Notes under the pieces: model-generated
Databases searched by the model: none
What the model was told of the DNA's origin: nothing
What the model saw: only the letters and a program-made list of their open reading frames with translations
NCBI GenBank assembly: GCA_016926735.1
Contig: JAFGOA010000110.1
Location: 2,682 to 66,681, forward strand
Direction of reading: 5' to 3'
DNA: 64,000 nt
Source of the DNA: Promethearchaeota archaeon
GTDB lineage: Archaea; Asgardarchaeota; Lokiarchaeia; Sigyniarchaeales; SOKP01
In this document: positions 31,013 to 41,595 of the stretch, piece after piece
Layout: each line of letters starts with the position of its first letter
Position numbering within the stretch: the first letter of the stretch is position 1
Translations under genes and position numbers: made by a program

Positions 31013-31837
31013 ATGATATTTTCAAAAGATTCTGTCTTTGAATTAAATAATGGTGTAAATATACCTATCATAGGATTAGGGACATGGAATATGTACGGAA
31101 AGGAAGCAATAAATTCAGTTAAATGGGCTTTAGAAATGGATTATAAATTAATTGATACAGCGTCATTTTATGATAATGAAACAGAAATAGGAAAAGCTAT
31201 TCAAGAAAGTAAAATTCCTCGTGAAGATATCTTTATTACTACAAAAGTATGGGATTCTGATCAAGGATATGATAGAACTTTAAAATCATTCGAAAAAAGC
31301 TTATCAAAACTGAAAATTAATTATATTGATTTATATCTGATTCATTGGCCAAGAATAAAAAGATTAGACACATGGAAAGCTATGGAAAAACTCTATAATG
31401 AGGGAAAAATTCAAGCTATAGGAGTTTGTAATTATAATATAACTCATTTAGATGAATTGATTAATAACTCAAATTATATGCCCGTAATAAACCAAGTGGA
31501 ATTTTCACCATTCTTATTTCAAAAAAAATTGTTAGAATTTTGTGATAATAAAAATATACGATTAGAAGCATATTGTCCATTAACTCGTGGGCAGAAATTT
31601 AATAATCCAACGCTACAATTAATTAGTAAAAAGTACCAAAAAACACCCTCTCAAATAATGTTAAAATGGGGGTTACAACATGGTATTATTGAAATTCCAA
31701 AATCAAGCAGTAAGACCCATCTCTCTGAAAATATCGATATTTTTAATTTTCAAATTGAGAATGATGATATGATATCTTTGGATATGTTAAATGAGAATTT
31801 TAGAATTGTAGATGATCCGTGTTTTTTTGAATTATAA
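31013..31837 (+). CDS. Aldo/keto reductase
   Basis: IDTASFY, FITTKVW, DLYLIHWP, NQVEFSP, IPKS. Confidence 0.95.
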   Translation: MIFSKDSVFELNNGVNIPIIGLGTWNMYGKEAINSVKWALEMDYKLIDTASFYDNETEIGKAIQESKIPREDIFITTKVWDSDQGYDRTLKSFEKSLSKLKINYIDLYLIHWPRIKRLDTWKAMEKLYNEGKIQAIGVCNYNITHLDELINNSNYMPVINQVEFSPFLFQKKLLEFCDNKNIRLEAYCPLTRGQKFNNPTLQLISKKYQKTPSQIMLKWGLQHGIIEIPKSSSKTHLSENIDIFNFQIENDDMISLDMLNENFRIVDDPCFFEL

Positions 31838-31975
31838 TGATAATCTTGAAAATCTTCAGTCTGTTCGAATTATTTTCATAGAATGAAATATATTAATTGG
31901 TTGATAAAGAAGAAATAATAAAAAATACGAATATTATAAATATAAATAAAAAAATTTAAGAGTTAAATATTAATT

Positions 31976-32527
31976 ATGGTAAAGAATTATGAATTAACAA
32001 CTTGTGGGTTAAGCTGTGATGTATGTGATGCCAATACAACAAAGATTCAAGACTCTGCTAATTATTTATTGGATGTATTTAAAGATCCTGTCTTTCCAAG
32101 TGTAATTTCTATGATTTCTCCTGAATTTAAATCTGAAAATGTTCCTATTTTTAAAGAAATATTAGAAATCCTTACGAAATATCCTCCTTGTCCGGGATGT
32201 AATGGAAGGGAAGACTGTACAATTAATCAATGCGCAAAAAATAAAAATATTGATAATTGTTCTAAGTGTAAATTATTAAATATTGATTTAAAATCTTGTA
32301 CTGAAGAATTAAAACCATCAGATAATGCTTTTATGATCCCAGCACCAGTTTTTTTCAATAAACTAGTTAAAAGATACAGAAATTGGAATATTGAAAATTT
32401 AAATGCAATAAAACAAGGGATGAAAGAAGAAATTAACAAGAAAATTGATAAAATGATTAAAGAAGGAAAAACAAATAGAGATGTTATAGATCTTTTAGTA
32501 AATATTTTTGAGCCTGATGAATTATAA
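31976..32527 (+). CDS. DUF3795-like Cys-rich protein
   Basis: CGLSCDVC, CPGC, C.INQCA..K.I.NCSKC. Confidence 0.75.
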   Translation: MVKNYELTTCGLSCDVCDANTTKIQDSANYLLDVFKDPVFPSVISMISPEFKSENVPIFKEILEILTKYPPCPGCNGREDCTINQCAKNKNIDNCSKCKLLNIDLKSCTEELKPSDNAFMIPAPVFFNKLVKRYRNWNIENLNAIKQGMKEEINKKIDKMIKEGKTNRDVIDLLVNIFEPDEL

Positions 32528-32648
32528 TATTCAGTTGAATAATTTATGTTTTCCAAAGATTTTTTATCAAAGATTAATGAAAATACTGAATGTATTAAAT
32601 TACTTTCAAATGATACATGATAATTTTTGATAGAATCAAATGGATTAT

Positions 32649-33518
32649 CTATAAAAGAGCATAAGCTAAAAGAAACGCGCCATATATCTCATCTAATTTT
32701 CCTACTCGTGAAGTATCTATTATTATTTTATCTAATCCCAGATAAATTGCACCATATGCTTTTCCCCCTCCAAGATGGACTAAGGTTCTATAAGCTAAAT
32801 TTCCCGAGATCCCATCAGGAGCGATTATTAAATTAGATTTTTTCTCAATTGCTTTTTCAATGCAAATTTCATCATGTGTGATTTCAATATTCGAATCAAT
32901 ATCTTTAAAATACTTGACAATACGTTCTGCTTCTTGTATAGTTTCTTTTACTTTTTCATCTCTTTCAGAATCATCCTTTCTTCCTCCACTTAAAACACTT
33001 ACTTTAGGAGATATTCTAAGACAATGAAATTGGTTTAAAGAATTACTAATATAATTTATTTTAGATTCATAATTATTTGATTCATCAATTCCTACAGGAC
33101 CATAAAAGTATTGATATCCATTAAATGTTTCTAATAAAGCAAGTCGATTAAGATAAGAAAGCTTGAATTTTTCTTTGATTAGATTCAAGAATTTAGATGA
33201 ATGAAATGATCCTCTAATTGCAGCATTAATCTCATATTTTTCCAAAGAATTTAATAATTCTATTTCGGGTTCTTGAGAATTTACAAGAAATATATTTTCA
33301 TTATATTTTTGATAACTAGAATTAGTTGAAATATCATTAATAAATTCATCCTTACCAAATAAAGAGATTTTAATGAAAGTGTTTTTTGTTATTGCATTTA
33401 AAAATTTAATACTTGCAAATAATATTTTATTGTTATGAAATCCAGATTCACCTAATCCAATTCCAATATTTGCGACTTTATCTTCTGTAGAAGTTATTAG
33501 ATTCTCTATAATCCCCAT
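32649..33518 (-). CDS. mtxX: Methanogenesis marker Mmp4/MtxX family protein
   Basis: AIRGS, GPVGIDE, VLSGGR, APDGISGNL..RTLVHLGGG..YGA, IDTSR. Confidence 0.85.
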   Translation of the reverse strand: MGIIENLITSTEDKVANIGIGLGESGFHNNKILFASIKFLNAITKNTFIKISLFGKDEFINDISTNSSYQKYNENIFLVNSQEPEIELLNSLEKYEINAAIRGSFHSSKFLNLIKEKFKLSYLNRLALLETFNGYQYFYGPVGIDESNNYESKINYISNSLNQFHCLRISPKVSVLSGGRKDDSERDEKVKETIQEAERIVKYFKDIDSNIEITHDEICIEKAIEKKSNLIIAPDGISGNLAYRTLVHLGGGKAYGAIYLGLDKIIIDTSRVGKLDEIYGAFLLAYALL

Positions 33519-33648
33519 AGATTTTCCACAATATTACATATTAATTATGATTTTTATAAATTCTATTTATTATATATATCCTAATTATAATTTAAAATTA
33601 TAATTATAAAATTATATGGATTTAATAAAAAATATTCAGCTGATTTAA

Positions 33649-35418
33649 TTAATGAGTGAAATAACAAAATAACCCATTTTCATCGTTTCTTATAGGATTT
33701 ACAAATCCATATCTTTCAAATTGTATTGTTTTGTTAAGAGGTATATCTTTTAAATTGATTTCTCCAAAACCATTATAAACAATGCCATCAGGTTTTAAGA
33801 TTGATACCTTAATATAATTTAATTTTGGAACCCATTGGATAATTGGAAAACTACGTTCTAATTCTTCACTATGAAATTCGGCTTTAATTATTTTTTCAGA
33901 TAAATTAATTGATTTGATCCGGGTATTCATTAAATCTTTTAACCTTATTAAATCGTCAATAGAAAACCTTTTCGAGTCAGTTTCAGAAATAAATATCTCT
34001 ATTTGTTGATTTTCAGATGTACATCTTATCTTTCTATTTCCTTTTTTTGGATTATTAGGTAAGATTAAAGGTTCAGCAATTTTTTCCTTAAAAGGTACTT
34101 TATTAATAATAATTTTCACAGGATTTTCAACATAAAAATATCTGTGTGAATATTCATCAATTATTTCTTGATTTTTCGAATATAGCCAAGTTACAGAAAA
34201 TTTTATCCCAGTCATTGACATTCCCAAATCTAATAAAGTTTGTTTTAACGCTTCTGGTTTGATACCTCTTTTCCTGAGTGATTGAAGACTCCATGTTCGA
34301 GGATCATCCCAACTATCATACGTTCCATCCTGTATTTTATTTCTTGCTTCTGTTTTGCTTAGTTTCATATCTGAAAATTTAATTCTCCCATAATGAAGGA
34401 ATTCTGCTTTTTTCCATTTATAATGATCCCAAATAAAATTCTCTATAAAATCTTCTTTTATTAGATCAGCTCCACGTATAATATGGGTAACTCCGATTAG
34501 ATGATCATCAATAGCCCATGAAAATTCCAACATTGGCCAAATGACATATTTTTCTCCTACTCTTGGATGACGTGCTTCTGAAATTCGCATTATTATTTGA
34601 TCCCTTAAGGCAGGATCTTTTTGATCCATCCCAGTCTTTAATCTTACAACAGCTTCTGTTTCTCGGTATTTTTTATCGAGCATATTTTTCCATTCATTAA
34701 GATTTTCCTCTATTGATGCATTTCTATGGGGACAATCTTTTTTTTTATTCTTAAATTTCTCCTTAAAATCACTAGCTGAGCAGAAACACACATATGCGAT
34801 ATTGTCTTTAATTAATTTTTCACAATATTCGTAATAAATTTCCAAACGATCACTTTTATAATAAATTTTGGAGTATTTTACTCCTAACCATTTTAATCCA
34901 TCCTCAATTAAATCATAAGCTTCTGGAAGGACATATTTAGCTTTTGGAGTATCTCTTAATGATTTAGGACTTCCTATTGTATCATCAAAAAATAAAATGA
35001 GTTCTCCATTATGTTTTTTTATATATTGATCATTCAATACAATCATTCTTGCATTTCCAATATGTAAAGCACCACTTGGATAGGGTGCTAATCTCATAAC
35101 AAGTTTATTATAATTTTCAAGATTTGGTAATTCTGGTAATATCTTTATCTCTTTTTCTGATTTTTCTTTATCTAAAGCATTTGGATCTAATTTTAATAAT
35201 GTATCTTTTTGTTCTTCTAAACTAAGTTCATTTATTTTTTTGATAATTTCATCCAATAGGGGATTTATTTTTTGTACCAATAAACGTAAATCCTTACTTT
35301 GAGCCATTAATTTTCCCATTATTGCTTTTCTATTTGGTTTTCCATTAAAAGAAACAGCATTTTTTAATCCGCTCAACCACAGAATATTCTTTATCTCTTC
35401 GTCATCCATATTGAACAC
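33649..35418 (-). CDS. gltX: Glutamate--tRNA ligase (archaeal)
   Basis: RLAPYPSGALHIGN (HIGH), IDDHLIGVTHIIRG, LSKT, WDDPR. Confidence 0.95.
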   Translation of the reverse strand: MFNMDDEEIKNILWLSGLKNAVSFNGKPNRKAIMGKLMAQSKDLRLLVQKINPLLDEIIKKINELSLEEQKDTLLKLDPNALDKEKSEKEIKILPELPNLENYNKLVMRLAPYPSGALHIGNARMIVLNDQYIKKHNGELILFFDDTIGSPKSLRDTPKAKYVLPEAYDLIEDGLKWLGVKYSKIYYKSDRLEIYYEYCEKLIKDNIAYVCFCSASDFKEKFKNKKKDCPHRNASIEENLNEWKNMLDKKYRETEAVVRLKTGMDQKDPALRDQIIMRISEARHPRVGEKYVIWPMLEFSWAIDDHLIGVTHIIRGADLIKEDFIENFIWDHYKWKKAEFLHYGRIKFSDMKLSKTEARNKIQDGTYDSWDDPRTWSLQSLRKRGIKPEALKQTLLDLGMSMTGIKFSVTWLYSKNQEIIDEYSHRYFYVENPVKIIINKVPFKEKIAEPLILPNNPKKGNRKIRCTSENQQIEIFISETDSKRFSIDDLIRLKDLMNTRIKSINLSEKIIKAEFHSEELERSFPIIQWVPKLNYIKVSILKPDGIVYNGFGEINLKDIPLNKTIQFERYGFVNPIRNDENGLFCYFTH

Positions 35419-35573
35419 CTTGTAATATAGATTATTTCTTTATAATTAATGAATATAACAATAAGGATAATTTTTTCTAATAAAAAAAATAATTTATTAT
35501 TAAGAATTTTTAAATGAATTTGTTTAACTCTTATATATAAATTAGTAGAAATATTTTGAATAAGTGATATTAA

Positions 35574-35858
35574 ATGACATATTATAGAGGATATATCTTA
35601 ATAAGATTAAAGATTGTAGGAAAAGAATGGAATGTTGTTGATAAATTAAAAGATTTACACTCAAAGGAAAATGGAGAGGATTGGATGGTCACATACGCTA
35701 CTCCTGTTTATGGAGGGTGGGACATTATTGTAGAATGTAGTTTCAGCAATTTAAATGAACTTGATAAAATAGTGACTTTTTGTAGAGTTGATGACGAACT
35801 ATCTCAATGGATAGAAGAGACAACAACTTTAATGGGAACAAAAAATGATTATAAATAA
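35574..35858 (+). CDS. Lrp/AsnC ligand-binding (RAM) domain protein
   Basis: YILI...GKEWNV, VYGGWDIIVE, EETTTL. Confidence 0.8.
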   Translation: MTYYRGYILIRLKIVGKEWNVVDKLKDLHSKENGEDWMVTYATPVYGGWDIIVECSFSNLNELDKIVTFCRVDDELSQWIEETTTLMGTKNDYK

Positions 35859-36038
35859 ATAAAACAAGAAAATTTTCTTTTATCTTTACTTTATTTTTAA
35901 AAAGATTTAAAATGTGGACTTCCCTTCATATTTTTTGCAGATATTTGATTTTAGATATAATTTAAATAAATTCTATCAATATTTTTTATCATAATTGCTT
36001 TTGCTATACATAATTATTAATAATAGGATATTTTCTTT

Positions 36039-38489
36039 ATGAAAATAATTGATTTAAGCGGTATTTGGAATTTATATCTTGATGATATGAAAGAGAAAAT
36101 TTCATTTGAAGTACCTGGTGATATCTTTTATGCATTAATTCAAGCAAAAAAGATACCTCATCCATATTTTGGCACTAATGAATTAGATGTTTTATGGTTA
36201 AATAAAAAAGATTGGACTTGTTTTCGGTCTTTTATAGTTTCTAATGAAATGCTTCAAGAAAAAGAGATATTTCTCAATATTAATTCTTTAGATACAATAG
36301 GGATCATTGAAATAAATGAACTAGAAGTATGCAAAACAGATAATATGTTTAAAAGAATTCGAATAAATATTAAAGATTATCTTATAGAAGGGAAAAATAT
36401 AATCACAATTTATTTTTTTTCTGCAGAAAATAAAGCTCTAGAATTAAGTAAAGATCTTAATATGCCATTACCTCATACGATTCATCCAACTCAATCAATG
36501 CATAAAAATCTTATAAGAAAAGTGCAATGTCACTCAGGATGGGATTGGGGACCATGTTTAATGGTAAGTGGAATATATGGAGATATATATATCGGTGGAC
36601 ATAGTCATGCTCGAATAGAATATATTCATACTTCCCAAGAATATAAACAAAATAATTGTGAAATCACAATTTTTATTGAATTATTTTCTCCATATGAAAG
36701 AAAAGAACAAATTAAGATTCTTTTTGGTAATGAAAAAAAGATATTTGATAGTAAATTAACTAAGGGAATAAATTTAATTAGAGAAAAGATTTTAATCCAA
36801 AACCCTAAATTATGGTGGCCTTTTGGATATGGAGACCAATATCTATATCATTTTGAGATTCAATTACTTGAAGATACTTATTCAAAAAAAATTGGATTAA
36901 GAAAATTAAGATTAATAAATGAAAAGGATCAATTTGGAGAAAGTTTTACTATTGAAATAAATAATAAGAAGATATTTTGTAAAGGAGCAAATTGGATTCC
37001 TATAGATGCTTTACCATCATTACAAACACCAAAAAGATATAAGGACCTACTAGAAGATGTTATTGATGCAAATATGAATACTATTCGAGTCTGGGGAGGA
37101 GGTCAATATGAAAATGAATTATTTTATCAATTATGTGATGAGAAAGGCATTTTAGTATGGCAAGATTTTATGTTTGCTTGTTCCACATATCCTAGTACAA
37201 AAGAGTTTTTGGATAATGTTGAACAAGAAATAATCTATCAAATTAAAAGATTGAAGGATCATCCTTCAATTGTAATATGGTGTGGGGATAATGAAAATGT
37301 AGGATCAATAAGTTGGTTCCCAATAACAAAAAAACATCGAGAATTCTATATTGAAAATTATCTTAAATTGAATCATCTTATTAGGGATAAAGTTAAAGAA
37401 TTAGATCCTCAAAGAATTTGGTGGCCTAGTTCACCATGTGCTGGACAAGATAATTTTACAGATAATTGGCACAGTGATAAAAAGGGGGATATGCATTATT
37501 GGAGCGTATGGCATGAAGAAAAACCTTTTGAAGCATATTATGATGTAATACCTCGATTTTGTTCTGAATTTGGTTATCAATCGTATCCCTCTTTAACCAC
37601 AGTAAAATCCTTTACAAATGACACGGATCTTAGATTAGAATCAAAAGATATGGAACATCATCAAAAAAATAAGAGAGGTAATAAAATAATATTTAACTCT
37701 ATCAGAAATTACTTTAAGGATCCTAATTCATTTAAAGCAATTCTAATTTTAAGTCAAATTCAACAAGTTTATGGTATAAAGATAGCAATTGAGTTTTGGA
37801 GAAGCCAGAGAAATAGATGTATGGGAATTATGTATTGGCAATTAAATGATAATTGGCCTGTTAGTTCTTGGTCTTCAATTGAATATAATGGAAATTGGAA
37901 ATTATTACATTATGCAATAAAAGAATGTTACCGACCAATCCATATTTTAGCATATTCAAAAGATAATAAAAAAATAGAAATTTGGGCTATAAATGATACA
38001 ACTCAAAAAGATCATGGCTGCCTAAATATGAAATATATGAATTATTCTGGAGAAATCATATATGAAAAAATTATTGATATTATCCTTGATCCTGAATCCT
38101 CTAAAAAAGTATTTGAAAAAAAAATAGAACCAATACAATTTGATAAGTCAAATCATTTTATCTTTTTATCATATAAGAATAATGAAATAGAGATTTTTAA
38201 TGATTTTCTTCTTACAATACCTAAAGATTCTAATTTACAACATCCTAAATTTATTTTAAGTAAGACTAAAATTGATAAAAAAATAATAAAAATAAAACTG
38301 AATTCTGATAAACCTGCTTTTTTTGTAACCTTATCTATTGATGATATTAGGGGACATTTTAGTGAGAATTGTTTTACAATTATCCCTCATCAAGAAAAGG
38401 AGATATTTTTTATAACAAAAGAAGAATTAAAGATTGATATTGATAAAATTAAATTTGATATAACACATTTAAGAGCAACTTATGATTAA
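36039..38489 (+). CDS. Beta-mannosidase, GH2
   Basis: GWDWGP, KGANWIP, RVWGGG.YE, WQDFMFAC, WCGDNE, GDMHYW, SEFGYQS, YWQLNDNWP. Confidence 0.95.
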   Translation: MKIIDLSGIWNLYLDDMKEKISFEVPGDIFYALIQAKKIPHPYFGTNELDVLWLNKKDWTCFRSFIVSNEMLQEKEIFLNINSLDTIGIIEINELEVCKTDNMFKRIRINIKDYLIEGKNIITIYFFSAENKALELSKDLNMPLPHTIHPTQSMHKNLIRKVQCHSGWDWGPCLMVSGIYGDIYIGGHSHARIEYIHTSQEYKQNNCEITIFIELFSPYERKEQIKILFGNEKKIFDSKLTKGINLIREKILIQNPKLWWPFGYGDQYLYHFEIQLLEDTYSKKIGLRKLRLINEKDQFGESFTIEINNKKIFCKGANWIPIDALPSLQTPKRYKDLLEDVIDANMNTIRVWGGGQYENELFYQLCDEKGILVWQDFMFACSTYPSTKEFLDNVEQEIIYQIKRLKDHPSIVIWCGDNENVGSISWFPITKKHREFYIENYLKLNHLIRDKVKELDPQRIWWPSSPCAGQDNFTDNWHSDKKGDMHYWSVWHEEKPFEAYYDVIPRFCSEFGYQSYPSLTTVKSFTNDTDLRLESKDMEHHQKNKRGNKIIFNSIRNYFKDPNSFKAILILSQIQQVYGIKIAIEFWRSQRNRCMGIMYWQLNDNWPVSSWSSIEYNGNWKLLHYAIKECYRPIHILAYSKDNKKIEIWAINDTTQKDHGCLNMKYMNYSGEIIYEKIIDIILDPESSKKVFEKKIEPIQFDKSNHFIFLSYKNNEIEIFNDFLLTIPKDSNLQHPKFILSKTKIDKKIIKIKLNSDKPAFFVTLSIDDIRGHFSENCFTIIPHQEKEIFFITKEELKIDIDKIKFDITHLRATYD

Positions 38490-38583
38490 TAGAAATAATA
38501 AATATGATTGATTATTATTATTTATTTATTATAAGATATCTTTAAGAATATAATTTTTTTCTATATTAATAGGGCGAGTAGAA

Positions 38584-39714
38584 ATGGAAGTAAGAAAAAG
38601 CGAAGATAATATGATTTTTTGTGGAGTTACTCCTGGATTAGTAAAAATGAATCGGATATATAATGCGTTTTCTGTTTTTATGAAAGCAAAACAGGAAGTG
38701 GATATTTCAGATAGATTTAATTTTATAATCTTCCAGAATCAAGGTCCTAGTTACTTAGATCATTTTATATTTGAGCCAAAGTATATTATAGATTCCATAA
38801 AAGCTTCAGAAAAAAGAATTGTTAAATCAAATATCGCCGGAGGAATATTTGTAGCAATCACATTTATTATTGATGTATATAAGAAAATTTCCGATAAAGT
38901 ATTTAGACTAATAATATTAACAGATGATGGAGCACATAAAATTCCTTCTCAATATATTACGATATTAGAAGATTTAATAGATAAAGTGAAAGATATGCCA
39001 TTTATAATTGACATAGTAAGATTAAATTCCTATGATACTCAAGAAAAAGAAAAATTGATAAAATTAGTTCAATTAACAAAGGGTAAATTTTATGAAATAG
39101 ATAATATAAAACAACTAAATTCGACTTTTTCCTCTTTATCAAAAAAAAAATTAGTAACTGTACCAGGATATTTTGATAAGGAAAATGCAAAAAGAATTTC
39201 TGAAAGAAATATTCCTTTTTATGTAAATTTAGCAGATGATTTTATTAATTATAAAGGCAATGCAGCTTGCGCTATTTGTTTTCAAAAAGATAATGATGAA
39301 AAGATTAAATGTCCTTCTTGCGATATAATTATTCATAAAAGATGTGGAGCATTTTGGGCTGAAATGACAAGTATAGGTATTTCTTATGTTTTTAGATGTC
39401 ATAATTGCTTTAATCTTATAAAATTGGATGAACAATTTGTATACGATGTTCAAACGGGTAGAATTCATATGGATACAATACCTGAAGAATTTACTATCGG
39501 AGATATGCTAAATTATTTAACAGAATTAGAAAAAAAGAGAAAACCTAAAATAATTCAAGTCAATGATCCAATGGCAATAGAGGAAGAAACAGAAGAAAAA
39601 GAACAGAATGAGTATAAGACGAATAAAAAGGAAAAAAAGATAATATGTTCTAATTGTGGCAATATAACCACTTCAACGAACAAACAATGCCCTAAATGTT
39701 TTTTTCCTTTATAA
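38584..39714 (+). CDS. Degenerate vWA domain + C4HC3 (PHD/RING-variant) finger + C-terminal zinc ribbon
   Basis: DRFNFIIF, LIILTDD; CAIC..CPSC..HKRC..CHNC; CSNC..CPKC. Confidence 0.75.
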   Translation: MEVRKSEDNMIFCGVTPGLVKMNRIYNAFSVFMKAKQEVDISDRFNFIIFQNQGPSYLDHFIFEPKYIIDSIKASEKRIVKSNIAGGIFVAITFIIDVYKKISDKVFRLIILTDDGAHKIPSQYITILEDLIDKVKDMPFIIDIVRLNSYDTQEKEKLIKLVQLTKGKFYEIDNIKQLNSTFSSLSKKKLVTVPGYFDKENAKRISERNIPFYVNLADDFINYKGNAACAICFQKDNDEKIKCPSCDIIIHKRCGAFWAEMTSIGISYVFRCHNCFNLIKLDEQFVYDVQTGRIHMDTIPEEFTIGDMLNYLTELEKKRKPKIIQVNDPMAIEEETEEKEQNEYKTNKKEKKIICSNCGNITTSTNKQCPKCFFPL

Positions 39715-39730
39715 TAATATTTGAAAAACA

Positions 39731-40402
39731 TTAGATTGAATAATTCGAGCTTACTATCTTTTTTACTGCTTCTTTAAAAATCACAGATGCCATTTGATAA
39801 TATCCTTTAACTGTAAAATGAATCCCATCGGGATTTGCGTATTCCTTTTTTAAATCTCCAACTGCATCTGCCATACCATTATCTAGATCTGCATATGGGA
39901 TATTATATTCTATAAAATATCCTTTTAACTTTTGATTCAATTGACTTTTCTTTTTATTATATCCTTTCATGAAATTTTCGCCTCGAATTGGAGGAATTGT
40001 TGCTCCTATTGAAATTATACCATTATTTCTTGAAATTATATGTAATTGTTTGATATTGTTAAATATTTTATCAACATCAGAATTCCATCCTAAATCATTT
40101 GATCCCCCTAAAATAATTGAATAACTGGGTTTAGGGATATAGTGAATAAGATCAGTATCAATCCTTCGAAATAAATCATCAGTTAATTCTCCAGGAATAC
40201 CTTTATTAACAAATTCTATATTAACCTTAGAATTTTCATTGAGTTTTAAAAATTCATTATTTAAATAATCTAAACAAAATTCCTTTAACCAATATTCATA
40301 TTGAGATTGAGGATTCCCATATCCTTCACTAATTCCGTCAATTGAAGGCGAATATCCGGGATACCCAGATGTTAATGAGTTACCTAAACAAAGAAAGATC
40401 AT
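39731..40402 (-). CDS. SGNH/GDSL hydrolase
   Basis: GNSLT, NKGIPG, GGSND, DGIHF. Confidence 0.9.
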   Translation of the reverse strand: MIFLCLGNSLTSGYPGYSPSIDGISEGYGNPQSQYEYWLKEFCLDYLNNEFLKLNENSKVNIEFVNKGIPGELTDDLFRRIDTDLIHYIPKPSYSIILGGSNDLGWNSDVDKIFNNIKQLHIISRNNGIISIGATIPPIRGENFMKGYNKKKSQLNQKLKGYFIEYNIPYADLDNGMADAVGDLKKEYANPDGIHFTVKGYYQMASVIFKEAVKKIVSSNYSI

Positions 40403-40423
40403 TTTTTATCTTTATTAAATAAT

Positions 40424-41083
40424 TTATATTTTAATTAATTGTATTATATCATTTGAATCTATATCTAATAAGCTATTGATAATCAGATCTGCTTGAGTAA
40501 GTTTAGATCTTTCATGTGTAGTTGTTAATGCAATACATTTCATTCTTGCCTTTTTTGCAGCTTCAATTCCTACTGGAGCATCTTCAATAACAACACAGTT
40601 TTTTGGAGGAATTTGTAATGCTTTTGATATTAACAAAAAAATATCTGGAGCAGGTTTTCCTCTTTTTATATCTGCCGCTGTTTTTACGTTATCAAAAAAT
40701 TCTTGAATATTTAAAGTCTTCAATAAAAGATATGTATTTTCAGGTGGACCACTAGTCGCTATAGCTAGTTTAAACGAGTTTTTTTTTAATTCATTAATTA
40801 AATTAATAACCCCTGGTGAGGCTTTTAAATTATCTCTCAACATTTCTCTATAGTAAATTTCCTTTAATTCCACCCATTCATGTATTTGTTTATCAGTTAT
40901 ATTTTTTTCTACCAATTTTTTCAACGTTGGAGCACCTTGCATTCCAAAAGAATCTTTAAAATATTTTTCTGTGAAAGGAACGTTAATTTCATCAGCAAGT
41001 TTTTTCCAACTTTGATAATGAATAGGACCAGAATCAATTAAAACACCATCAACATCAAAAATAACTAAATAATTTTTATACAT
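40424..41083 (-). CDS. HAD family phosphatase (beta-PGM-like)
   Basis: FDVDGVLIDS, ATS, GKPAPD, IEDAPVG. The start is probably the ATG at 41083. Confidence 0.9.
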   Translation of the reverse strand: MYKNYLVIFDVDGVLIDSGPIHYQSWKKLADEINVPFTEKYFKDSFGMQGAPTLKKLVEKNITDKQIHEWVELKEIYYREMLRDNLKASPGVINLINELKKNSFKLAIATSGPPENTYLLLKTLNIQEFFDNVKTAADIKRGKPAPDIFLLISKALQIPPKNCVVIEDAPVGIEAAKKARMKCIALTTTHERSKLTQADLIINSLLDIDSNDIIQLIKI

Positions 41084-41089
41084 ATAGAA

Positions 41090-41418
41090 AACCAAAGGGG
41101 TCAAACGTATAAATACTTATAAAAAATTAAATATAATGTATGAAAACTGGAGAGGTGATAATGAACCAATAGGGAAACATGATAAATATATGGATAACCG
41201 AATCTAACGAGGATTATTTCAATCGAGTAAAGGGATTAAAATCAATGCGGACGTGAATGCCGTAATGTATATCCTAAGAAAAGTAGTTCCCATAGCCTTT
41301 ATTGGTAAGGGAATAGAGGTGATGGTGTTATCGCCACGAATTGTCATAATTAGTTGATCTTATCTCAATTATATACAATTCTTAATAGAACGTTATAGGT
41401 TATACTAGTTCTAATAAC
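41090..41418 (+). mobile_element. Non-autonomous IS200/IS605-family derivative: tnpB 3' remnant plus right-end hairpins
   Basis: 41157-41357 translates to DNEPIGKHDKYMDNRI*RGLFQSSKGIKINADVNAVMYILRKVVPIAFIGKGIEVMVLSPRI, a TnpB C-terminus with the RuvC-III ADxNA motif. Hairpins at 41338-41381 and 41386-41413. Ends are approximate. Confidence 0.75.
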
Positions 41419-41595
41419 ATAGTTCTGTATCATATTTATTAATTCAATAATCTTAAAGAAGTAAGAAAAAAAACTTTATTCTTAATTTAGGGATTTTAGA
41501 TAAAGAATAATATTATTTTTTTAATTTTTTGGAATTACAATATAAAGAATAAAAGACTTTATCAAATATAGATCATTTTTTATTTTTAACTATAT

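Noticed and set aside
41142-41413. RNase P RNA, cobalamin riboswitch or other housekeeping ncRNA
   Set aside because: Lacks a proper GAGGAA-P4 pairing and the B12 box; the sequence translates to a TnpB C-terminus.
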